A stretch of DNA of 64,000 nt. Source: an uncultured Candidatus Saccharibacteria bacterium (GTDB taxonomy: Bacteria; Patescibacteriota; Doudnabacteria; UBA920). Numbering within the stretch: the first letter of the stretch is position 1; each line of letters opens with the position of its first letter. The position numbers and the translations under genes are program-made. The notes beneath the pieces were generated by a model that was not told the DNA's origin, did not search any database, and saw only the letters and a program-made list of their open reading frames with translations. The stretch covers positions 1,517 to 65,516 of the forward strand of contig CAZFTX010000003.1 in the NCBI GenBank assembly GCA_964521955.1, given 5' to 3'. Positions 40,394 to 49,830 of this stretch are shown here, one piece after another.

Positions 40394-41914
40394 TTACTTA
40401 GTTTTTATAAGTGTTACAATTTCCACATTTTCTTCCAAACCAGAAACCACCTCCACCACACCCCCGTCACCTTCAACTCCTAAAATTACTTCTTTTTCTT
40501 CGTAGGTTTTTTTTGTAGTGTCAGTAATTACTCTAACTTTCTTTTTCAAGTCTTGTGAAATAACCGCCCTCTGAGGAATAACTAAAACGCCGTCTTTCTC
40601 AGCCACCAAAATACGAATATTGGCGGTCATACCAGGCTTAATTTCAGGCAAAGATTCTACCGAAACTGTAACTTTATAGTTAACCACGCCAGAAACTACC
40701 GTAGAAGCTGGGTCAACCTCTTTTACTTCGCCTTTAAACTTCCTGTCTGGACCTAATGCATCAAAAGTAGTTTCTACTTGCTGACCAAGTTTTAAGCTAG
40801 CAATGTTTGCTTCTGAAATATTTGCTTCAATATGCAAATTTCCAACATCCTGCAAAACCGCAACTTCTTCTAAAGCTGAAGCAAGCTCTCCTGGTTTAAT
40901 GTCTATTTTAGTAATTGTACCCGCTGCCGGAGCTCTAATAATGGTATTTTCAAAACTCGCCTCCGCCGCCTGCACCTGTCCTAAGGCAGAAGTTACTTGT
41001 GCCTCAGCTACACTTAAATCCGCTGGCCTAGCTTTAGCTTTTTTTAATTCTAAGGAAGCTCGTGCTGAAGCAACAGTATTTTCAGCAGTAATTATTGTAC
41101 TCTTTTGGGTTTCTAAAGCAGTTTGATAAGCATTGTAATTGGTTACATATGAAGAACTCTGAGTATTTGGAATATTTATTGTCCAAACGTTGTTATTCGG
41201 GATATTTGTTGCTGAAAATTGAATATTCAAACCTCTAGTTCCCAAAGGCACGGGAGTTGTACTGACGTCTCCACTACCTTGTTCAAGACCGCTGTACTGA
41301 AACTTTGTCCCTGCACCGGTACTAAATATGGTAATTTTATAACTCCCCTGGTCCTTGCTGTTATAAGCTCCTGAAATAGTTACTTCAATACTTCCAGAAT
41401 TACCACTACCTGCATTTGCAACCAAACTTGTACTAAGTAAAGTTTTATAAGCATTATCTACTGCAACCTGTTGTTGAATTTTTATACTTTCCAGACTTGA
41501 AATTGCATTGTCTAAAGTTACCTGAGCCACAGCCACTTCTTCAGAAGAAGAACCGTCCAAAACTTTTTGCAAATTTGCTCTTGCCTGAGCATAGGCCCCT
41601 CTAGCCTGAGTTAAGCTTGCAACCGCGTCCTTCTGTTCTAAATTGGCGATAATTTGATCCTGTTTTACCTTATCACCAACTTTGGCATATACCCGATTAA
41701 CAAAGCCACTTGTTTTAAAACTCAAAGATAAATCTGTTTGGCTAGTAACCTGACCAGTGGCTAAAACCGTTTGTTTTACGTCTGCCTTAACTACCTTAAC
41801 TGTTTCAATTCCAGAAATATCCGGACCTTTAAATACACGAGATAAAATAAACCCTAAAATTAAGAGTCCAATTATTCCGTAAATTATTCTTTTCTTTGTA
41901 AAATACTTTTTCAT
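40394..41914 (-). CDS. Efflux RND/MacA-type periplasmic adaptor subunit
   Basis: N-terminal TM, lipoyl half-motifs (VKVGDKV-like, IIRAPAAGTI), coiled coil, IKPGMTANI. Confidence 0.88.
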   Translation of the reverse strand: MKKYFTKKRIIYGIIGLLILGFILSRVFKGPDISGIETVKVVKADVKQTVLATGQVTSQTDLSLSFKTSGFVNRVYAKVGDKVKQDQIIANLEQKDAVASLTQARGAYAQARANLQKVLDGSSSEEVAVAQVTLDNAISSLESIKIQQQVAVDNAYKTLLSTSLVANAGSGNSGSIEVTISGAYNSKDQGSYKITIFSTGAGTKFQYSGLEQGSGDVSTTPVPLGTRGLNIQFSATNIPNNNVWTINIPNTQSSSYVTNYNAYQTALETQKSTIITAENTVASARASLELKKAKARPADLSVAEAQVTSALGQVQAAEASFENTIIRAPAAGTITKIDIKPGELASALEEVAVLQDVGNLHIEANISEANIASLKLGQQVETTFDALGPDRKFKGEVKEVDPASTVVSGVVNYKVTVSVESLPEIKPGMTANIRILVAEKDGVLVIPQRAVISQDLKKKVRVITDTTKKTYEEKEVILGVEGDGGVVEVVSGLEENVEIVTLIKTK

Positions 41915-42008
41915 AATTTCTTTAATAAATTAAATTAATGCACTTAAGTATAGCATAACTAAGCAATATTTTCAACCTCGTCACTTTACATACTTTACTA
42001 AATACTAC

Positions 42009-42093
42009 TTTTACTAATTACGAATAACGTACCAATATACCAATATCTAATACAGCCATTAGTATATTCTTATTGATTAGTAGTTAGTAAAAA
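42009..42093. repeat. AT-rich imperfect palindromic element sharing sequence with 49498-49534
   Basis: 42009-42027 is the exact reverse complement of 49516-49534 (19 bp). CCATTAGTATATT occurs at both 42056 and 49498. Confidence 0.65.
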
Positions 42094-44304
42094 TTATTTG
42101 AGTGTGCGGATAAACTCATCCATTACTTGCTTTTGGTTTGGATCTAAAGCAACAATCTGTTCAGCCAAAGCCTTAGCTTTCCCAAAATCACCTGTTTCGG
42201 CATATGCTTTTGCTAATTCAAAATAAAAAGTCAACTCGTTAGGTGCTACTTCCATAGCTCTCTTTAAAAGTGGTATAGTTTTCCCAAAATCCCTTTTTTC
42301 CTGATAATACTGAATATACCAGGCAAACTGTTGAATTTGATTTGGAACATAACCTTGTGCTAAAGCAGCATCACCTGCTTTTATTGCTTCATCTATATTT
42401 TTGTTTAAAAAATGTGCCATAGCCAACTGCCATTTAACTTCAGCGTTATAAGGGTTTAATTCAACCACTCTCTGTGCAACTTTAACCGCGTTCGCCCAGT
42501 CCCCGGCATAACCGTAATACTGAATTTTTAAACGTAAAAGCTCTGCCCTGTTTGGAGCTAAAGAAACAGCTTTTTCTATATAAGGATCAGCCGATTTTAA
42601 GTCCTCTTTAAAAACCAAAGCTTTGTTCATTTGCAAGCTTGCCAGTCTCATCCACATAATAGGATCATTGGCAATTTTTTCAGTAATATATATTTGCTTT
42701 TCCAAAGCTAGACTCATTTGTTTTTTTACAAACTCAACATCCTTGGTTGCCAGCTCTGTATTTACCAACTGGCTAGCAAAGTCAGAAAATCGATTTGCCG
42801 TTTCCCTTGAATCAATATTAAACGGAGCGGCAAAAGCTGTTTCAAAAAAACTCGCCGCTTTATAATTATCATACCCAGTGTATGCCATACCCATATTCAC
42901 CCTCTTTGCAGCTTGTATTGGAGAAATGTTTGAAGCATATTGTAAATAGAACATAACTAGCACACTTAAAACCAAAACTCCAATTCCTGCATTGGAAACC
43001 TTACGACTTAAAGCAAAACTGTTGTCTCCTTCTGACTTACCTTCATGCCACAAAAATGCCAAAAAACCAGTAAATAGAAAAAAGGCAGTACTAGCAGAAA
43101 CCGTATCAAAAACAAACAAATTTTGTACTTGGTATACTATTACCCCAGCCAAAAGCAAACACGCTTCACCCAAAGACAAAAGTCCACTTTTGTACGCTCG
43201 CCATAAAGCAAACACCGAAAAAACAAACATTAACACATACAATAAAAGTCCTAAAATTCCGGTTGTTACCAAAACTTCCAAAACATAGTTGTGAGGCTTA
43301 TCAAACCAGGAAGCATCATATTTGTACATTTCCGGGTTATAGTACTTATTAAAAACGACATAATAATTTTCAGGTCCTACACCTAGAACCGGTTTGTCCA
43401 TAAAACCCTGCAAAGCAGACTTCCACTGAATTAACCTAGCTTCAGTGTTACTGTCCCTTAAATTAACAATACGGGCTAAAGTACTCCCTTGGGGTAATTT
43501 TTCTTTAAAAGCGAAAAGCCCAGCTAACACTAAAACCACGACCGCCAAAGTAATCGCACCGGTTTTTTTAACCTTTGTGTTTTTCGTTAATATTACATAG
43601 GCAATTCCTGAAATTACTCCGCCGACGATTAAACCTACCACCGCACCTCTCGTACCAGAAGAATAAATACCCAATAGTTGTAATCCTGTCAAAACCCAAT
43701 AAGTTATTTTTAAATTCTTTTTACTTTCCTGCAAAGCCAGAAAAGCTGAAAGAAACATTGGCAGAATTAAATAGCTTGGGAAAAAAATTGGGTTACCGAA
43801 AGTAGAAGAAACACGAGCGGGCAGTGAAGGATCTAAAACCAAAGTGGGACCACCTATCCACCCAGAAAGTCCGTTTAAGGTAACTAAAACCGCAACAGCA
43901 ATAAAACTTTGCAAAAACCTTTTTAAATAATTACCGCCTGCTTGGCCTAAAAGCTGAATGTAAAAAAATACTAAACTTAAATAGGTTAAATACACCACTC
44001 CACCCATACGTTCAAAATTCCCTAACATACTTCGCTCAAAGCTTACCCCAAAAATAGCCGCCAGTAAGTTGATAACTAAAAATATTAAGACTGCCAAATT
44101 CAGTTTATTTTTCAAGTCAGGCCTAAGCTTTTTTTCAAACGCAACTAAATAAACATAACAAGGCAAGGCCAGTAAAACAACAATCCTAAAGAAAAAAGCC
44201 TTACTGGTTATGTAAGGAAACATGAGTTCTTTAAAAACCCAAAAAGGCGTAAGTAAGGAAACCAAAACTAAGATAAAAAAAGTTCTCAATACCCATTTAT
44301 TCAT
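42094..44304 (-). CDS. O-antigen-ligase-like (Wzy_C) membrane protein with TPRs, paralogue of 38166-40382
   Basis: GNFERMGG, DPSLPARVSSTFGNP, SGTRGA, GVGPENY, FDKPHN. Confidence 0.85.
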   Translation of the reverse strand: MNKWVLRTFFILVLVSLLTPFWVFKELMFPYITSKAFFFRIVVLLALPCYVYLVAFEKKLRPDLKNKLNLAVLIFLVINLLAAIFGVSFERSMLGNFERMGGVVYLTYLSLVFFYIQLLGQAGGNYLKRFLQSFIAVAVLVTLNGLSGWIGGPTLVLDPSLPARVSSTFGNPIFFPSYLILPMFLSAFLALQESKKNLKITYWVLTGLQLLGIYSSGTRGAVVGLIVGGVISGIAYVILTKNTKVKKTGAITLAVVVLVLAGLFAFKEKLPQGSTLARIVNLRDSNTEARLIQWKSALQGFMDKPVLGVGPENYYVVFNKYYNPEMYKYDASWFDKPHNYVLEVLVTTGILGLLLYVLMFVFSVFALWRAYKSGLLSLGEACLLLAGVIVYQVQNLFVFDTVSASTAFFLFTGFLAFLWHEGKSEGDNSFALSRKVSNAGIGVLVLSVLVMFYLQYASNISPIQAAKRVNMGMAYTGYDNYKAASFFETAFAAPFNIDSRETANRFSDFASQLVNTELATKDVEFVKKQMSLALEKQIYITEKIANDPIMWMRLASLQMNKALVFKEDLKSADPYIEKAVSLAPNRAELLRLKIQYYGYAGDWANAVKVAQRVVELNPYNAEVKWQLAMAHFLNKNIDEAIKAGDAALAQGYVPNQIQQFAWYIQYYQEKRDFGKTIPLLKRAMEVAPNELTFYFELAKAYAETGDFGKAKALAEQIVALDPNQKQVMDEFIRTLK

Positions 44305-44371
44305 AAATTTTGTATCAGTTATTTCTAAATACTCTTTTTAATTTTCAAGTCTATTATAGGCGCCCAACTGT

Positions 44372-45088
44372 TTACTGTTTACTACCTCCCAGTCTCTCTA
44401 TTTCCCTTTTATAAAGCTCTTTACCTGCTGGGTTTTTCTCTCCTGCTTCTTCCCAAAACTCAATGGCTTTTTTAAAGTCCTTTTGTTGCTCATAGAACAC
44501 TGCCGCTTGAGTTAAGACATCTATATTTCTTTGGGTTTTTTCCAAAGCTTGTTCATATAAATTCTTAATTTCTTCAAAGTTATAATCTTTAACCTTAAAA
44601 GAGTCAATATACCTAGTCCACAGTTCCGGACTTCCAATGTTTTTATCCAATGCTTGTCTTAAAACACTTTTTGCATCTTCGTACTTTTCCGCTTCACCAT
44701 AAACCAAACTCAAACCCACTAAAGCTTGTTCAAAGTTAGGATAAACCCTTAAAGCTTCTTCGTAAGCTTCTTTAGCTTTTTGTAACTCCCCTAACCCATA
44801 ATACTGTTGAGCTATAAAAATATTTACGTTTGCCGCTTCAATAGCTTTAAGTTCGTCGGAAATTACAAAAGTTCTTAAATACTCCCTGTTTTTTTCAATT
44901 TTTTCTTCATATACTTTTTTCTGTTCTTCCGTTAGTTGCCGCTGTATTTGAGGAAGCCTGTTACCAGTGATTTTGTAAATATATACAAAAAATACAACTA
45001 AAATTACCAAGCCTAAAATTGGCAAAAAATACTTCAAAATCATCTTATTCATACTCTCTATATTACTAAAAAATAGGCGGGATTTCAA
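44372..45088 (-). CDS. Membrane-anchored TPR protein
   Basis: N-terminal TM followed by TPR-like helices. The start may be ATG 45052. Confidence 0.75.
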   Translation of the reverse strand: MKSRLFFSNIESMNKMILKYFLPILGLVILVVFFVYIYKITGNRLPQIQRQLTEEQKKVYEEKIEKNREYLRTFVISDELKAIEAANVNIFIAQQYYGLGELQKAKEAYEEALRVYPNFEQALVGLSLVYGEAEKYEDAKSVLRQALDKNIGSPELWTRYIDSFKVKDYNFEEIKNLYEQALEKTQRNIDVLTQAAVFYEQQKDFKKAIEFWEEAGEKNPAGKELYKREIERLGGSKQ

Positions 45089-45205
45089 CCCAGTATATCA
45101 ACATTTGATTTTGTAGGAGGGAATAAATCGAGCTTGCACAAAACAAGATATTTAACAAAACTAATCATTAATTTAATATCAAATGTTGTATTACTGGGCA
45201 AGACA

Positions 45206-45250
45206 AACCAAAACCCCCAAGCTTTTAAGAGCAAGGGGGCTTTTGGTTTC
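45206..45250 (-). terminator. Intrinsic terminator after the S-layer-like gene
   Basis: AAACCAAAACCCCC...GGGGGCTTTTGGTTT. Confidence 0.7.
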
Positions 45251-45294
45251 TAAATTTACGTTTTAGAAAACGAAACTAACTTAACCGCGGAGCT

Positions 45295-48200
45295 TTAATC
45301 CAAGGTATAAGAGCTTGTTGGCAAGTTCTTAACCAAGAAATCATTGTTCCAGTCAGAAGTTGTCATGCTGTGAGCAGTGTTGCTTGAACCAGCCATGTCA
45401 GACCAAGTGAACGAAACGCTCAAACCTACACCGGTAGATGAGGCAGAAGCAGCTGTTGTTGGAGCGACGAAGCTAGAAGGTTGAGGAATGGTTGTGGAAA
45501 TATAACCATCGGTTATTGTTCCAGCCAAATCAGCCTTTACAGCATAAGTTTTAGTACCACTTACTTGCTGTTCAGCAGAAGCGTCAATGACAAGCTTACC
45601 ATTGGCAATGTTCATGCTTGAGCTTGCAGTAATCTGAGTATTGCTGTCAGCATCCCACAAAGTAGGAGAAGACAAAGTTAACCCAGAAGAAGAAGCAACA
45701 GTAAGCATTAAGTGAGACCAGCTAATTGGACCGTTGTTTGAAGTAACGGTGAATTTAGCAATAGTCTGGCTGCCGGCTGCAATTGCGCCAGCATCTGCAA
45801 GCATGGTTATAGTTGGAATAGCCTTGTAAACATACAAGTTATTACCAGCTACATCAATACCATGAGTTGTAGTAGAAATAGAACCGGTTGAAGCCGGAGC
45901 TTTCTTGTAAGAATGTAAGTTTACCTTTACGTTTTCACCGGTTGAACCAGCGCCAATACCTACAGTTCCCAAGGTCAACTCTACAGTCAAAACCTTAGTG
46001 GAGTTTGCAGGAATTACAACGTTAAGGTTGCTGAAGGTGCTAGAAGCACCACCAGGCAAAGTACCCAAAGTTGTACCGCCATCTTTCAAAATTACGCTTG
46101 AGACAGTCGTATTGTTTGGAATGCTCAAAACGATTTCGGAAATGGTGTGTTGGTCGTTAGTTGTGGTGAACTTAAAGGCTGCTACAGACCTTGTCTGGTT
46201 ACCAGATGTAATAGCGGCAACCGGAGTAGAAGGATCTTGAGCTGCAGCAACTGAAGCAGTACCTACGCTAATCTGTTGTCCAACTGCAGAACCACCAACA
46301 GTTGCAGAAGAGTTTACGGCAGTACCGGAAACACCTAAGTGCAATGTAATGTTGTCTGAGCCATAGATAGCAGTAGGAGCATTTACATCACCAAAAACTT
46401 CAACTGAAACAGTTGTGTTTTTAAGTAATGTATAGTTGCTTGAGAAAGTAGTAGAAGCTATTGCCAAACCGGAAATAGCTACACTGCCTTTTTGTGAACC
46501 AAACATTTGTCCGTTTACCAAAACTCTGACGTTATAAAGTGCAGTCAAAGAAGTGGAAGCGTTGCTTGCTGGAGAACCCAAAATCAAGCTGTTGATGTTT
46601 ACGTCTTCAGAAGAACTACCAACTAAGTTAAACGAAGCTAACTTGTAGTTCGTTTGAGGAAGTGGAGTTGTCTGAGCAGCGTAAGTGTTGTTCTTAGACA
46701 AAGTCAAAGAACCAGTAACGTTGGTGATAGCGTTGCCTGCAATTGCTGTTGAAGGAACGTCGTTATAACCAAGAGAAACCAATCTTTGTACGTTGTCAGA
46801 TCCGGCTAAGACAGAAGCAGTGATTGTATCACCATTGCTCAAGTCGTTACCGTTTGCACCGTTGTCAAACATGTCAGCATGGATTTCCAAAGTAACTGGA
46901 GTGCCTGGCTGAACAGTGTAGTTCAAAGTGTAAGAAGTTCCACCTGGGGTAGAGCTAGACAAAGTAGCTGTGCTACCATACTGAACTCCGTTGATCAAAA
47001 TGCGACCATTTCGCAAGCTTCCAACAGCAGAATCGCTAGAAGCAAAACCTACGAGAATAGTTTCAATTTTTTGAGCTTCACCATAGGCAGTAACAGTGTA
47101 CTTAGCCAAGGTGACGTCGGAAGAACCGTCGGTAACGTTACCAGAAGGAGAATCTGAAGCTTTCTGAATGGTCATTGTACCTGAAGCAATAGAGTTTGAG
47201 GCAGAAGGACCAACAGGGAAGCTGTTTGAAGCAGAAACTGACTGGTTATACTGAGTATCCATGAAGTTTACGTCAGCAGCGCTTCGGATTTGGAACTGGA
47301 AGTTCCTGGAAGAACCACCAATTACATCAGCCAAAACTGTGAAAATACGAGTTCCAGCTTTCAAGGTAATTGGGCTAAAGCTAAAGTAAACATAACCGTT
47401 AGAGTCCATGCTCTGAGTTTGAGCAACTTGAGAACCATCAACTCTTAAGCGGAAGTTATTTAAGTCAGCTTGCTGAGCAGAACCAATGTTGCGAATAATC
47501 AAACGGGACAAAGTCATGTCACGGTTGTTTATTGTTACATTGCTTCGGAATACTTCAACATCTACTGAAGGATCAAAGCTGCTGCCATCTGGAGTGACTG
47601 AACCAAAAGTTGGGTAAGCCAAATCAGAAACAGAAGCAATTGTCATCATGTTGCCAGAAAGAGCAACAGAAGCTGGAGTTCCGTTAGCTACAGCAAAAGA
47701 AGTAAGCTGTAAACCAACAGTCTGACCAGCGGTTGTACCAGCTGGAATTTCTACAACTACAGAAATAGTTTTGCTACCGGAAACGGTAAACAAACCATTT
47801 GGGTTTGAGAAAGTTACCAAGCTGTTACCACCTACAGAAGCTGCGTCGGTTAACCTGGTGTTACCTTCAAACAAGTAAACATTTGAGAAAATAGTGTCAG
47901 GAGAGACGCCAGTTCTCTTTACTTGGAATTGAGTAACTGTACCACTACCAGTCATGGTGAACTTAGCTAAAGTAGCTACGCTCTTAGCACCGCTAGACAA
48001 AACGGCAATAGTACCGGCAGCTGGGGTGTCAGAAGCAAGCATTGCATTAACTGAGCCAGAATATACTGGTGGTTGGTTAGGATCACCTGTTAAAGCAGTT
48101 GGGTTAAGCTGGCCAGGAGTTCTAGCAGCCATAACACCAGTCATGCTCATAGCCTTGTCAGCAGCGTTAGCTGGTACGACATCGGCAAAAGAATAACCCC

Positions 48201-48768
48201 AAGAGTTGAAGGTGGCTACATCTGGAATGCCCAAAAGGCCAGAAGCACCGACTAAGTAGACGGTACCGTTATTGTTGACCAAAACACCAGGGCGGTTAGC
48301 CATGGTTGTGTCATCAATATTGCTGGTTGAGGACAAGAAAGATACGTCACCATACAAAGCTCTTGAGAAGCTGAAACCTCGGCCAGTAAAAACAGCGGCA
48401 GAAGTAAAACCAGCTTTTTGACTACCTGTAATCAAGTAGCAGGTGCCTTTGTCAGCACCACGGTCAGAACACATAATTTGACCATCCTGAGGAGGAATAA
48501 AAGCCCCAGCAGAAAGAGCCAAATCATCGGCGTTAGCATCCACAACGTTGGCAAAAGAATTGAAGCCAAAGGAAAGGAATGCGCCACCTGAAGTGTAAGC
48601 TCTGCGTGTACCATCTGGCATAATCATCCAAACAGTGCCGTCAGAAGATTTAACGTTAGTGCCAGCAGCATGAGCAGCAGCTTGAGCTGCAAATGGAGCT
48701 AAGGCAGACAACGCAATCGCGGCTGCAGATCCTACAGCAAAGATTTTCTTTGCGACAGAATTATACAT
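45295..48768 (-). CDS. Large secreted Ser/Thr/Ala/Val-rich beta-sandwich protein, probable S-layer protein
   Basis: Signal peptide (...APFAAQA); N-terminal repeats (RRAYTSGGAFLSFGF, GIPDVATFNSWGY); tandem Ig-like repeats; biased codon usage suggesting high expression. Confidence 0.7.
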   Translation of the reverse strand: MYNSVAKKIFAVGSAAAIALSALAPFAAQAAAHAAGTNVKSSDGTVWMIMPDGTRRAYTSGGAFLSFGFNSFANVVDANADDLALSAGAFIPPQDGQIMCSDRGADKGTCYLITGSQKAGFTSAAVFTGRGFSFSRALYGDVSFLSSTSNIDDTTMANRPGVLVNNNGTVYLVGASGLLGIPDVATFNSWGYSFADVVPANAADKAMSMTGVMAARTPGQLNPTALTGDPNQPPVYSGSVNAMLASDTPAAGTIAVLSSGAKSVATLAKFTMTGSGTVTQFQVKRTGVSPDTIFSNVYLFEGNTRLTDAASVGGNSLVTFSNPNGLFTVSGSKTISVVVEIPAGTTAGQTVGLQLTSFAVANGTPASVALSGNMMTIASVSDLAYPTFGSVTPDGSSFDPSVDVEVFRSNVTINNRDMTLSRLIIRNIGSAQQADLNNFRLRVDGSQVAQTQSMDSNGYVYFSFSPITLKAGTRIFTVLADVIGGSSRNFQFQIRSAADVNFMDTQYNQSVSASNSFPVGPSASNSIASGTMTIQKASDSPSGNVTDGSSDVTLAKYTVTAYGEAQKIETILVGFASSDSAVGSLRNGRILINGVQYGSTATLSSSTPGGTSYTLNYTVQPGTPVTLEIHADMFDNGANGNDLSNGDTITASVLAGSDNVQRLVSLGYNDVPSTAIAGNAITNVTGSLTLSKNNTYAAQTTPLPQTNYKLASFNLVGSSSEDVNINSLILGSPASNASTSLTALYNVRVLVNGQMFGSQKGSVAISGLAIASTTFSSNYTLLKNTTVSVEVFGDVNAPTAIYGSDNITLHLGVSGTAVNSSATVGGSAVGQQISVGTASVAAAQDPSTPVAAITSGNQTRSVAAFKFTTTNDQHTISEIVLSIPNNTTVSSVILKDGGTTLGTLPGGASSTFSNLNVVIPANSTKVLTVELTLGTVGIGAGSTGENVKVNLHSYKKAPASTGSISTTTHGIDVAGNNLYVYKAIPTITMLADAGAIAAGSQTIAKFTVTSNNGPISWSHLMLTVASSSGLTLSSPTLWDADSNTQITASSSMNIANGKLVIDASAEQQVSGTKTYAVKADLAGTITDGYISTTIPQPSSFVAPTTAASASSTGVGLSVSFTWSDMAGSSNTAHSMTTSDWNNDFLVKNLPTSSYTLD

Positions 48769-49293
48769 TTTTTTAACTTTTCTCCTTTTTAGGCGAATTG
48801 ATTATTCAATTGAGACAATCAATTATAGTGCCTAAAAAATTTAATTTATTTTACATCCAACCTTTAAACACTATTTACACGGTTCTAGAGATCCTTGTAA
48901 AAGCTTTTAAAAGTAGATGTTTATTGAAAACCAACAAACCGACTAAATTAACGCCAAATGACCGACCAATAGTTAAAACCCTTCTAAATCGCCTCTTTAA
49001 AGGAGATTCTTTAGGACTTTTGCTATTCAGATGACTTGCCTGTTTAAAGGCTTCAATAAATGATATTAATAGTACAACTAACTTGTAAGTTAGGTTGTAC
49101 ATAAGGGCAGACGGGCTTTTTTATAGAGTGTTACAAAGAATTTTCTTTGAAATAACCCACATAAAAAGCCAGGAATAATTTACAAATACTAGCGTAATTA
49201 AGCTATATTTGCAGACTTTTCCTGACTTTTCAACACCATGTGTATATTTATACGAACCAGTGGATAAACAATAACAACGTTCATATTTAAATT

Positions 49294-49322
49294 ATTATAA
49301 TACATCTCCCCCCATTTGTCAA
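49294..49322 (-). promoter_or_regulatory. Consensus sigma70 promoter ~520 nt upstream of the S-layer-like gene
   Basis: Perfect TTGACA-N17-TATAAT on the minus strand. Confidence 0.7.
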
Positions 49323-49361
49323 AAACAAAATTAAATGCTAAAATTTCCTAGTTAACCTTTT

Positions 49362-49419
49362 CGGGATGTCGCCCCAGCACCACAATCTGCAATTGGGTGC
49401 GGGGTAAATATACCGGTAG
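49362..49419 (+). repeat. Copy of the first 21 nt of tRNA-Pro interrupted by a 37-bp hairpin
   Basis: CGGGATGTCG|CCCCAGCACC...GGTGCGGGGTAAA|TATACCGGTAG. Confidence 0.75.
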
Positions 49420-49538
49420 CCTTGCCCCCGCCTAAAATAAGTCAAAATTAAGGTATTATATTGAATTATATGCTAAAATGTTCGAACGACTAGCCAACCA
49501 TTAGTATATTAGTAATTATTCGTAATTAGTAAAATCAT

Positions 49539-49612
49539 CGGGATGTCGTATACCGGTAGTACGCTTGCTTTGGGAGCAAGTTGACTGGGTTCGATTCCCA
49601 GCATCCCGACCA
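49539..49612 (+). tRNA. tRNA-Pro (anticodon TGG)
   Basis: Acceptor stem CGGGATG/CATCCCG-A-CCA; anticodon arm CTTGC-TTTGGGA-GCAAG; T arm CTGGG-TTCGATT-CCCAG. Confidence 0.95.
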
Positions 49613-49650
49613 AGAAAAACCATTAGCCTTTAGGTTGATGGTTTTTCTTG
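49613..49650 (+). terminator. Terminator hairpin after tRNA-Pro
   Basis: AGAAAAACCATTAGCC-TTTA-GGTTGATGGTTTTTCTT. Confidence 0.7.
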
Positions 49651-49745
49651 TTGAAGGATGCCCAGGGAACCGAAGGGTGGCGAGAAAAGAGCGACTATTT
49701 GGAGCTCTTGAGTGTAGCACCCCGGCTCCGAGTCGGAGCGAGGAG

Positions 49746-49766
49746 GATTCCCAGCATCCCGACCAA
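49746..49766 (+). repeat. Direct repeat of the tRNA-Pro 3' end (att-like)
   Basis: GATTCCCAGCATCCCGACCAA is identical to 49593-49613 and is followed by a second hairpin at 49765-49800. Confidence 0.85.
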
Positions 49767-49830
49767 AAATACCCTTCAATAATTATTGAAGGGTATTTTT
49801 GTTACAATCTTTATATTTCCGTCGTTTCTG

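Noticed and set aside
48798-49102. 75-78 aa ORFs upstream of the S-layer-like gene
   Set aside because: No RBS or recognisable motif; they overlap each other on opposite strands and are more likely leader sequence.
49150-49270. Possible DnaA boxes / replication origin
   Set aside because: Only one or two mismatched boxes (e.g. AGTGGATAA), no cluster, and no dnaA or dnaN nearby.
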